From an uncultured Candidatus Entotheonella sp. (GTDB lineage Bacteria > Tectomicrobia > Entotheonellia > Entotheonellales > Entotheonellaceae): DNA of 64,000 bases. Shown here piece by piece: positions 9,626-20,903 of the stretch; positions within the stretch are counted from its first letter, which is position 1, and each line of letters opens with the position of its first letter. The notes under the pieces are model-generated. The model ran no database searches and was not told where the DNA came from. It was given only the letters and a program-made list of their open reading frames with translations. The stretch spans positions 160,001 to 224,000 of the forward strand of contig OZ244252.1 of assembly GCA_965217185.1 (NCBI GenBank), given 5' to 3'. Position numbers and translations under genes: made by a program.

Positions 9626-10046
9626 TAATGCATTGGTTATTTTTCCAGAGAGACTGGGCGCAAGTCGGACGTTTAACCGGTCGGCTGTGACGTATGCCAC
9701 ACCAACATGAGTTGCCTCTCCGTCATTCTTCTCCACAGCACTTGCTACTACCGCCTCAAATTGCGCGTCGGCCAAGGCTTTCTCCTGTTTCTCTATGGTA
9801 TTCGCCACTGCTGCGTCGAAATCCAGCTGGCGCTGCAAATCAGTTGAGTTATCGTCACCAGAACTTGAACAACCAGCCATCACAGCGCAGAGCGCGACGG
9901 CCGAACAAACCACCATCACGCTGCGAGTCAATGTCAGCATCATGGAATCTATTCTCCTGCCTATCCGATAGGTGTCAGAGGGGCTTTGGTTTACGACCCA
10001 GCCCCAGAGTTCGGCGAAATGCAGGTCGCCACCTTGTATCAAAAGG

Positions 10047-10331
10047 CTATGTCTGGGATTTATGCCACCGTTTGATCAGATGAGCTGGATACTCACGGTA
10101 GTCACGTAGCACGGTCTCGGCATACATGTGTTGGTCAAGAAGGTCGTCATCGTCACGACGGACGGTTAAGGTGGGCTTTGGCACGTCACGAGAGATGATC
10201 TCCCCATGTGCAGCCTCGAACACCGCCTCACAGTCGTAATCTTGGGAAGTGCCGGATGGCGGGTTTGCAAGCTCGACATCAAAAATAACCTTTTCCGGGT
10301 CGTCTCGTTTCGTATAAACGGCAAAAATCAT
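10047..10331 (-). CDS. Small hypothetical protein (~94 aa)
   Basis: ATG 10331 with upstream AGGGG; no recognisable motif. Confidence 0.55.
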   Translation of the reverse strand: MIFAVYTKRDDPEKVIFDVELANPPSGTSQDYDCEAVFEAAHGEIISRDVPKPTLTVRRDDDDLLDQHMYAETVLRDYREYPAHLIKRWHKSQT

Positions 10332-10529
10332 GTCTTGTCCCCTATTCGGAGCCACGCCGAAGCGTTGCGCGGTAAACCGCGACGCCTTTAACCTCGCAGA
10401 AACCTATCTTGCCATCGAGTGTTGAGCAACCTCAGACAGGCGTGATTAAATCCGTGTAATCTCTTTATTTTTGGCCGCAAGCAACCCCCACAATGAACGC
10501 AAAAACAATCACTGGGAAAAACAATCGTT

Positions 10530-10546
10530 GGTTCCGATAAACCCTT
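10530..10546 (+). other. XerCD dif-like site C, left arm plus spacer (right arm at 11839-11849, beyond the IS5)
   Basis: Removing the IS gives GGTTCCGATAA ACCCTT ATATGTAAACT (11-6-11); right arm matches the B. subtilis dif arm TTATGTAAACT at 10/11. Confidence 0.65.
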
Positions 10547-10547
10547 G

Positions 10548-11835
10548 GGGCATCTCGAAAAATGCCTCGTGGATAGTCATAGATGGCGAGAGTGGCAATT
10601 CGCTGGCATGTCGGTGAGAAAATGAACTCGGCTGTCCAGGGGGACTGCCTCCCAGCAAGGAGGATTCGCCTTCCAATGAGGGCCTCCGGTGCACCCTTCC
10701 GCACCGTTGGCGCTCAACTGGCGCTCGCAAGGCGTTGTAATTGAATCAGGCGACGCATGTTGTAGGCAAGGTTCTTAAGACCTATCCGCGCCCTCGCCCG
10801 TACGAGCCCGATGCTGCGAACCAACGTCCCGCCCATGTCGTTTTGCTGCGCCCCGAAGACATGCTCTACCCGTGCTCGAAACCGTGAACGACTCTGGTTG
10901 CCCGCCTTCTCCCAATCACGCAACGGACGGTTGCGATAGCCCTTGCGATGAATCCGACTCCTCAAACCCCTGGCCTTCAGCGTCGCTTCAATGGCTTTGG
11001 ACCGCTAGGCGCTGTCCGCCCAGACACCGCTTGCCGTGTTGTCCGACGTAAGCAACTCCTCAATCACTTGGCTGTCGTGCACCGCCGCATCCGTCACCCG
11101 GTAACGCCGTATCAGCTTGTGCCGACGGTCGATGGTGACGTGATTCTTGTAGCCATAGTGGCTCTTGCCGTGCTTCTTCGTCCAGCGCGCATCCCTGTCC
11201 TTTTGTCGACGCTTGGCTGGCTTGTCGGCCCAGGCCTCAGGTGTCTCACCCCGTTTGATCTGCTCATTGTCGTCACGACGATTGCGTTGCATGGGAACCG
11301 CGACAATCGAAGCATCGATGATCTGGCCACCCATCGCCTGGTAGCCCTGGCTTTTCAGGTAGCCGTCGAAATCCTCGAACAAGGCATCGATGAGGCCGGC
11401 CTGTGACAACTGTTCGCGGTAGAGCCACACCGTCTTGGCATCGGGCACCTTGTCTTCGAGTGTCAAGGCCAAGAAGCGCACAAAGGACAGGCGGTCGCGC
11501 ATCTGATACTCGACCTGGTCGTCCGACAGATTGTAGAGGGCGCACAAAATGATGGCCTTGAACATGACGATGGCATCCCACGGCTTGCACCCCGCATTGG
11601 ACTTGCGCTTGTCGGCTGGCTTGCGCCAGACTCTCTCCAGGCGGCTGCGGAACGCTTCCCACGGAACGGCAGCGTTGACCTTCACCAGGGGATCGTTTTT
11701 GGCGTCCAGAGCGGCGTAGCGATTCTCGATATCGAAAAAGCCCATCTGAGCCATGTTGCACTCCTCCGGCCTTGTTGGTTGACGTGTTTCAGTGATTCTA
11801 AACCACGTGGGAGATGGGTATTATTAGAGATGCCC
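10548..11835 (-). mobile_element. IS5-family insertion sequence (~1.29 kb)
   Basis: IRs GGGCATCTCGAAAAA / GGGCATCTCTAATAA; flanked by CTTG / CTTA. Confidence 0.92.
10714..11754 (-). pseudogene. IS5 transposase with an in-frame stop
   Basis: LSDDQVEYQMRDRLSF, VPDAKT, IIDAS, DARWTKK, YGYKNH; WADSA*RS (TAG at 11005-11007 where Tyr is expected); the same frame continues RARVEHVFG. Confidence 0.9.
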
Positions 11836-12008
11836 CTTATATGTAAACTTTTCCGGATGCGGAAACCCTTGTAGATACTAGCCTTACGCGATTTCGCGAC
11901 ACAGGTCCACAGAACGCCCCACCGCGAGCTTCGAATCGGCCTTTTTTGGCCTTAAACGGTGGGGAGAGAGCCGCGGGAGACGCCGCCCTGCGGCCCCCGG
12001 GTGGGGAA

Positions 12009-12028
12009 TGCCGAGCGGCCGCTCGGCA
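12009..12028. terminator. Perfect 20-bp palindrome downstream of the coiled-coil paralogue
   Basis: TGCCGAGCGGCCGCTCGGCA. Confidence 0.4.
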
Positions 12029-12042
12029 GCGGAATCGCATGC

Positions 12043-12365
12043 TTACTTGGCGGCACCGGCACCCTGTGCATCGAGACGACCTTCGAGGCGGGAAATCCGC
12101 CCCTCGAAAGCGTGAAGGACTCGAACATCTCATCGAAGCGGCGGTTGAGGTCGTCGTGCTGACGGCTGTTTTCGACCTGCACAGCGTCAAACCGGGCGTT
12201 GACGGCATCAAAGCGGACGTTGGTTTCCGCCTGCATGCGGTCAAACCGAGCATTGGTCTCAGCCTGCATACGGTCCATACAGTCGTTGATCTGGCTGAAC
12301 ATCGCAATCAAGGTCACAAACAGGCCTATCAGCAACACGTAGTTGACAATCGTCTTCCAGTCCAA
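12043..12365 (-). pseudogene. Frameshifted paralogue of the membrane-anchored coiled-coil protein
   Basis: LDWKTIVNYVLLIGLFVTLIAMF...RFDRMQAETN repeats; the homologous end VLHAFEGRISRLE lies in another frame (shift near 12120). Confidence 0.7.
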
Positions 12366-12459
12366 AGTTTGCCCCTTGCCATCGGCGGGTGGCAAAAGTC
12401 CCCAAAACGGCGTTTTTCCTGGAACGCAGCCCTCCAACGCGCCGGAGTCAAAAACCCGG

Positions 12460-12813
12460 CTATTCGGCGTTTTCGGGGTCGACACCGGCTTTTTCTTCGA
12501 GGCGCGTAACGCGGCCCTCGAAGAAACGCAGCACCTGCTGCATGGCATCGTGTTGACGTTGGTTTTCAGTCTGCATGGTGTCAAACCGTCGGTTCATCTC
12601 GTCAAACCGTCGGTTCATCTCCGCCTGCACCTCGTCGAACCGTCGATTGTTTTCCGCCTGCATCGTGTCGAACCGGCGGTTGGATTCAGCCTGCATCCCG
12701 TCGATGCGGTCGTTCAACGCGTCGATGCGCGCGTTGACTTGGTTGAACATGGTCACCATCGCCACGAACAAACCCACCAGCAATACGTTGTTAGTGATCG
12801 CCTTCCAGTCCAT
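12460..12813 (-). CDS. Small membrane-anchored coiled-coil protein with 11/7-aa repeats
   Basis: N-terminal hydrophobic helix, then RFDTMQAENNR/RFDEVQAEMNR/RFDEMNR repeats; RBS GGGAGGG. Confidence 0.8.
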   Translation of the reverse strand: MDWKAITNNVLLVGLFVAMVTMFNQVNARIDALNDRIDGMQAESNRRFDTMQAENNRRFDEVQAEMNRRFDEMNRRFDTMQTENQRQHDAMQQVLRFFEGRVTRLEEKAGVDPENAE

Positions 12814-12836
12814 GTACCCTCCCGTCCCAATCCGAT

Positions 12837-12915
12837 CAGCCATGAATTCATGCGTTCGTAATCGCCGTTCGTGCCGAGGTCGTATGACAGCCAGATCGTC
12901 CTTTTCTCGGTTTTC
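12837..12915 (-). pseudogene. 5' remnant of the Cas2-like gene
   Basis: KRTIWLSYDLGTNGDYERMNSWL versus KSTIWLSYDLGVNGDYEGMYAWL in 6412-6738. Confidence 0.8.
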
Positions 12916-12968
12916 TCTCCTCGCTGTCTCCCCAACGCCCTAGGTCCGGCCGTCAGCAGACGCTGAAC

Positions 12969-13625
12969 TCATCGAGAGCGCTGCACGCCGATGCGCTTGC
13001 AGAACGACGCCACCGGGCACTGGCTGCACATCGGTGAGGTCGGCTTGCAGCAGTGTTGGCCCAAGGCCACAAGCATGGGGTTGTAGGTGATCCACAGGTC
13101 GCGCGGCAGCTTCTTGCGCAGCGCCATCTCGGTGGCCAGCGGGTCCTTCGTCTTGACGTAGCCCCAGCGGTTGGAAATACGGTGCACGTGGGTGTCGACG
13201 CAAATGGCCGGGATGTTGTAGCCCTCGGCGAGGACCAGGTTCGCCGTCTTGCGCCCCACGCCGTGGAAGGATGTCAGGGTGTCGATGTCGTTGGGAACCT
13301 GGCCGTCGAATTCGTCCAGCAGCCGCTGTGAGATGGCCAGCACTTGTTCGGCCTTGTTGCGATAAAAGCCGACGGGGTAAATGGCGCGCTCGATAGTTTT
13401 CTGGTCCAGCTTCAGCATGGCCTCCGGCGTGTCCGCCAAGGAGAACAGGCGTTGCGCCGCCGGGCCGGTCGTCTGGTCCTGGGTGCGCAGGCTGAGCAGG
13501 GTGGCGATCAGCACCCGGTACGGGTCGCGGTGTTCCTGGGCCATCAGGGTAATCACCGGCGCATCCCAGTGCGGCACTTCGCGCTGTAAAATGGCCAATG
13601 CTTCGCGCACCTGTTGACGTGTCAT
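12969..13625 (-). CDS. nth: Endonuclease III
   Basis: LLSLRTQD, HhH GVGRKTANLVL, VDTHVHRISNR, Fe-S motif CKPTSPMCSQCPVASFC. Confidence 0.95.
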   Translation of the reverse strand: MTRQQVREALAILQREVPHWDAPVITLMAQEHRDPYRVLIATLLSLRTQDQTTGPAAQRLFSLADTPEAMLKLDQKTIERAIYPVGFYRNKAEQVLAISQRLLDEFDGQVPNDIDTLTSFHGVGRKTANLVLAEGYNIPAICVDTHVHRISNRWGYVKTKDPLATEMALRKKLPRDLWITYNPMLVALGQHCCKPTSPMCSQCPVASFCKRIGVQRSR

Positions 13626-13736
13626 GGCGTTCCAATCGGTGGGGGGTGTTGAGACGCGGGATTATAGGGTAGACGGCGAGCGGTCTACAAGGACGAACGC
13701 CCCGCTGGGCAGAGGGAGCGCGCAGACGCGAACGAA

Positions 13737-13767
13737 TGTCGGATTACGCTTCGCTAATCCGACCTAC
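13737..13767 (-). repeat. GTAG-type REP palindrome between ligA and nth
   Basis: GTAG GTCGGATTA GCGAAGCG TAATCCGAC A on the minus strand. Confidence 0.75.
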
Positions 13768-13771
13768 ATTT

Positions 13772-16571
<2,800 letters not shown>

Positions 16572-16575
<4 letters not shown>

Positions 16576-17750
16576 ACCTTCTCCTGGAAGATGCCGATGC
16601 TCGCCGTGAAGCCGTGCAGGAAATTGCTGTTGCCGATGGGGCCGATTTCGCCGTTGCAAAAAAACCCGGCGCTTGGGATGTCGCCGGTGGCGGCGGCAAT
16701 CATCTCGCTATCGTGGTTCGGCTTGCCGTACAGGTGGGCGCCGCGCCCGTTGCAGGAGAAAACCAGCGCCCCCTGCGCCGGCCGGTCGGCCAGCTTGGGC
16801 GTGAGGGCGTCCATCATCACGGTCAGGTCCTCGCGCGCGGTGTCGGCGTCGCGCACGTGCAGTTGCACCGTTTGGCCGGGCCGGGTGGTTTCGCCGACGG
16901 CGATGGCGCCGCTTTTGGGGTCGGCGCCGAGCAGGGTGCGAATGAGAAAATCGCCGCGCTCGAAGGTCTCCTTGTATTCGTCCACCACGCGCCCGATGAG
17001 CAGCGCCGTGCGCGCCAGTTCCTGGTCCTCGGGGGACAACTCGCCGACGGTCTCGCGCGCCACTTCCAGCGCCGGGCGGCCGCTCAGCTCGTAGATGATC
17101 TGGTCCTCACAGCGCGTCACGAACTGGGGCCGGCCGATGGGCTTGCAGCCCTGCGATACCACGGTGTGCAGCACGAAGTCTCCCTGCAAGGCAATGCCGA
17201 CCGCGCCGTGCAGCACCTCGCCGTCCAGAAACAACGCGCAACTGTTCTGCGACTGGCCGCCGCTGGCCAGGCCGCCGAGCACCGGGCGCAGGGGATAGGC
17301 GTTGTTGAACACGTCAAGCAGCTTGCGGGGGTCGATGACGTAGGGATCGGGCAGCAGGATGAAGGTCGGCTGGTCGTCGGGCGACAGCCCCAGCCGCTCG
17401 TGCCAGTAGCTATCCGACGTTTCCTCTTCCAGCTCGGGCTGTTCGATATGAAACGGCGTGATGGTGACGCCCGGCAGGTGGGCCGCCATCAGGGACAGGC
17501 CGGGCCGCTGCTCCACCTCCTGCTGGTCGCCGATCACCCCGCCGCCGGTGCAGCCGATCAGGGTGTGGCTGGACAGCCGTTCCTGCATGACCTGCAGCTG
17601 ATGGGGGAAATCTTTCAGGTGATGAGGGGAAGCGAAAACAAGGCTCAGGTGGGCAGACTGGTCGGACAACCGGCTGGTTATGTTGTCCAATACCTCCGCA
17701 ACCGCCGCTGCGGTTTGCACCTCGCGTGACATGGCACTGGCAAACTGCAT
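16572..17750 (-). CDS. FIST N/C domain signal-transduction protein
   Basis: GCTGGGVIG, LGGLASG, VSQGCKPIG, FSCNGRG, GFFCNGEIGP. Confidence 0.9.
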
Positions 17751-17773
17751 GACAAGGCTCCTCTGTTACGTCG

Positions 17774-18712
17774 CTATTCTTGCGGCTGCCACAGGTGGGT
17801 GCTGGCGTAGCGCTCGCCCAGGTCGTTGAACAGGGTGACGATGTGGCCCCGGCGCACGCGCGCGGCAATCGTGGCCACCCCCTGCATGTAACCGCCCGAG
17901 GACTGGCCGACGAAAAACCCCTCGCGCGCCAAGCGCCAGCACATGTCGTACGCTTCTTCAATGGTGACGTCCACGCGCTCGTCAATGACGCTCTGATCGA
18001 GGATGGCCGGCACGATGGCGTCGGGCGTGCCGAGCGGCTTCAGCCCTTCGATGCCGGGAAACTCTTCGGGGATGATGGCGATGACCTGGATGGAGGGGTC
18101 GTATTCCTTGAGCCGCCGGCCGATGCCGGTGATGGCGCCGCCAGTGCCGATACCGCCGACGAAATGGGTCAGTTGGCCGCCGGTTTGCTCCAGGATTTCC
18201 AGGGCGGTGCCGTGGTAATGCGCCTGCCAGTTGCTCGCGTTGCCGTACTGGTCGGCGAAGAAATAGCGATCCGGCTCTTCCTCGGCCAGGCGGTGCACCT
18301 CGCGCAGCGCCTCGTCGTAGCCCTTCAGCGCGTCGGTGGTGATGAGGTTCGCGCCGTGCGCCACGATGCGTTTACGGCGCTCCAGACTGGCGTTTTCGGG
18401 CACCACCAGGGCTACGGGATAGCCGAGGGCAGCGCCGAGCATGGCGTAAGCGATGCCGGCGTTGCCGGAACTAGAATCCAGAATCGTCCTGCCGGGACAC
18501 AAGGCGCCGCTGGTCAACGCATCCAGCAGAATCTGCCGCACCGGGCGATCCTTCAGCGACCCTCCGGGGTTGAAATACTCCAGCTTGGCGAACACGTCGA
18601 TATCCGGCAAGGTGTCGCGCAGGACGTTCACCTGCACCAGTGGCGTGTTGCCGATCGTTCCCAGAAGGGGATACTGCTCGATCAGTTGTTTGTGATCACT
18701 TAGTGTTGGCAT
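17774..18712 (-). CDS. PLP-dependent cysteine synthase family protein (CysM-like)
   Basis: IGNTPL, KLEYFNPGGSLKDR, SSGNAGI, GIGTGG, GQSSG. Confidence 0.9.
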   Translation of the reverse strand: MPTLSDHKQLIEQYPLLGTIGNTPLVQVNVLRDTLPDIDVFAKLEYFNPGGSLKDRPVRQILLDALTSGALCPGRTILDSSSGNAGIAYAMLGAALGYPVALVVPENASLERRKRIVAHGANLITTDALKGYDEALREVHRLAEEEPDRYFFADQYGNASNWQAHYHGTALEILEQTGGQLTHFVGGIGTGGAITGIGRRLKEYDPSIQVIAIIPEEFPGIEGLKPLGTPDAIVPAILDQSVIDERVDVTIEEAYDMCWRLAREGFFVGQSSGGYMQGVATIAARVRRGHIVTLFNDLGERYASTHLWQPQE

Positions 18713-18856
18713 GATGCTGTCTCATTTCGTGCGTGTGCAATCTGGTGTTGGGATAAAGGGTGTCGTTTTGCAAGCTCTTCTCGTCTTACGCCTCAGGGCC
18801 GCGCGTTGACTTGGTTGCCCAGCCTCGACGGAGCCCGCTTCAGCGAAAGCTGCCCC

Positions 18857-19795
18857 ATGCCCTTGCCCCATAGCCCCCGATCGTTGGTCGTTGCCTTGCT
18901 GGCGACGCTGATACTGCTCCTGGCCGCGCTTCCAAGTGTTGTCCGCAGGAAGAACCAGATGGCGGAGACGCTGCGCAAGTCTATGCGTTTGGCATGCACT
19001 TGTTTCGGCTTGGGGACTACTACCGCGCTGTCACCGAACTGAAGCGATTCACGCTGTTGTTTCCCCGGCACCGGCAGCACGATGCCGCGCAAATCCTCAT
19101 CGGTCTGGCCTTGCAAAGCGACGCGGCGTACGACGGTGCCTTTACTCATTTTCAGAGGCTGAGCCAGTTTAATGGGGAGACAAGTGCCACGCAAGTGGCG
19201 TCTTTCAAGCTCGGCGCGCTCCCCTTTGAGCAAGGCCAGTACCAGCTCTCGGCACGCAATTGGCAACGGTTCCTGAATGACGCGCCGCAGGGCCCCCTCG
19301 CCCGGCGGGCGGCGTTATCTCCTGGGATTGTCCGGGTGGCTCGATGGTCAGAAGAACGAGGCCCAAGGCGCGTGGAGCCTGCTGCCTGCCGGCGATCCGT
19401 TGTCCGACAAGGCATCGGCGTTGCAGGCAGAAGCCCAACAACTGGCCCCGTTGCGCCATAAATCACCCACTGTGACCGGCGTCCTGCCGGGGGCCGGGCA
19501 TCTGTACATCGGCAAGCCGCTGCAGGCCCTGACGACGTTCCTGCTCAACGGCCTGTTCCTCACCGGCGCCGCCTCTGCCTTGCACGAGGGGTTGGAGGGC
19601 ACGGCGGCCGTCCTGCTCTTATTCGAAACCGGCTGGTATCTCGGCACCATCAACAGCGCTAGGGCCGGGGCCCGCGAGTTCAATCGCCGACAGCAACAAG
19701 CCGCCACCGACCATCTGCTCGCCACCTACGGCCTGCCGCGGCTTGATCTTGAGCAACTCCAGCTACCGGCCTTGGGCCTTCGGCTCAGCTTCTGA
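18857..19795 (+). pseudogene. Secreted TPR protein with a C-terminal membrane segment, two frameshifts
   Basis: Signal peptide from ATG 18857; shift near 18940 into the TPR frame (GDYYRAVTELKRF); shift near 19310 into RYLLGL...KSP..LPGAGHLY. Confidence 0.7.
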
Positions 19796-19806
19796 TCCCA
19801 TCTCTC

Positions 19807-20901
19807 CTAAAACTCCGGCACCGTGAACTCGTCCAGGCTACCCGTGCGAATGGCCTCGCGGATCTGGCTCATCAGACGCAGGTAATACGTCACGTTGTGC
19901 ACCGTGTTGAGGTGCAGCGCCAGGATTTCACCCGCCATGAACAGGTGGCGCAGGTAGGCGCGCGAGTGGTGCTGGCAGGTGAAGCAGTCGCAGTCGGGGT
20001 CCAGCGGGCGCTCGTCGGCGCGGTGGCGGGCGTTCTTGATCGCCACCTTGCCGGTGGAGGTAAACAGGAATCCGTTGCGAGCGTTGCGGGTCGGCAGAAC
20101 GCAATCGAACATGTCGATGCCCAGGCGCACGGCGTGCAGGATGTCCTGCGGCTTGCCGACGCCCATCAGATAGCGCGGCTGCTGCTCGGGCAGTTGCTGT
20201 GCGGTGTGGGCCACCATGTCATACATGACCGACCGCGCCTCGCCAACGCTGAGTCCGCCGATGGCATAGCCGTCGAAGCCGATGTCTTGCAGTTCCTTTG
20301 CGCTGGCGTCCCGCAATGCCTTGTAGACGCTGCCCTGCACGATGCCGAAAAGCTCCCCGGCACGCTTGCGCCCCGCCGCGTGGCAGCGTTGCGCCCAGCG
20401 TCCGGTCAGCTCCATGGACAGCCGCGCGCCGTCGTAAGTGACGGGGTAGGGCGTGCACTCGTCGAAGGCCATCATGATGTCGGAGCCCAGGGCCAGCTGG
20501 ATGTCGATGGCGCGTTCCGGGGTGAGCAGGTGCCGTGAGCCGTCCACGTGGGACTGGAAGGTCACGCCGTCTTCGGAAACGCGCGCCAGGTTGCTCAGGC
20601 TGAAGACCTGAAAGCCGCCGCTGTCGGTGAGGATGGGCAGGCGCCAGCCCATGAACTCGTGCAGCCCGCCGAGACTGCGGATGAGCTCGTGGCCAGGGCG
20701 CAGGTAGAGGTGATAGGTATTGCCGAGGATGATCGAGGCGCCGCAGTCCAGCAGGTCGCTGCTGCGCAGGGCCTTCACGGTTGCCTGCGTGCCCACCGGC
20801 ATGAACACGGGCGTGTCGATGGCGCCGTGCGGCGTTTCCAGGCGTCCGAGGCGGGCCTGGCTGCGTGCGTCGTGGGCGACGACATTGAACGTCAGCGGCA
20901 C
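19807..20901 (-). CDS. tgt: tRNA guanosine(34) transglycosylase
   Basis: TPVFMPVGTQATVK, NTYHLYLRPG, TDSGGFQVFSL, GIDMFDCVLPTRNARNG, zinc motif CDCFTC. Confidence 0.96.
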   Translation of the reverse strand: MPLTFNVVAHDARSQARLGRLETPHGAIDTPVFMPVGTQATVKALRSSDLLDCGASIILGNTYHLYLRPGHELIRSLGGLHEFMGWRLPILTDSGGFQVFSLSNLARVSEDGVTFQSHVDGSRHLLTPERAIDIQLALGSDIMMAFDECTPYPVTYDGARLSMELTGRWAQRCHAAGRKRAGELFGIVQGSVYKALRDASAKELQDIGFDGYAIGGLSVGEARSVMYDMVAHTAQQLPEQQPRYLMGVGKPQDILHAVRLGIDMFDCVLPTRNARNGFLFTSTGKVAIKNARHRADERPLDPDCDCFTCQHHSRAYLRHLFMAGEILALHLNTVHNVTYYLRLMSQIREAIRTGSLDEFTVPEF

Positions 20902-20903
20902 GG

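Larger units (their letters stand above)
8359..9943 (-). pseudogene. SH3b-domain lipoprotein gene interrupted by an IS5-family element
   Basis: Signal peptide with lipobox (…AVMAG-C). Removing 8775-9625 plus one TA restores the frame VTADRLNVRLAPSLSGKITNAL|DRGQKVDVLEVQGGWARI, an SH3b pattern. Confidence 0.85.

Noticed and set aside
10031..10057. Possible fourth dif-like site ACCTTGTATCA-AAAGG-CTATGTCTGGG at the end of the 94-aa ORF
   Set aside because: It lacks both the GATAA and TTATG cores; too degenerate to support
7240..10540. Integron attC cassette interpretation of island 1
   Set aside because: I found no RYYYAAC...GTTRRRY boxes with extended imperfect palindromes and no intI; the dif-like reading fits better
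12140..12730. Periodic repeats (gtcaaaccg / gtcgaaccg) that could look like a CRISPR array
   Set aside because: The units are 21/33 bp in-frame coding repeats of coiled-coil genes, with no unique spacers and no cas operon
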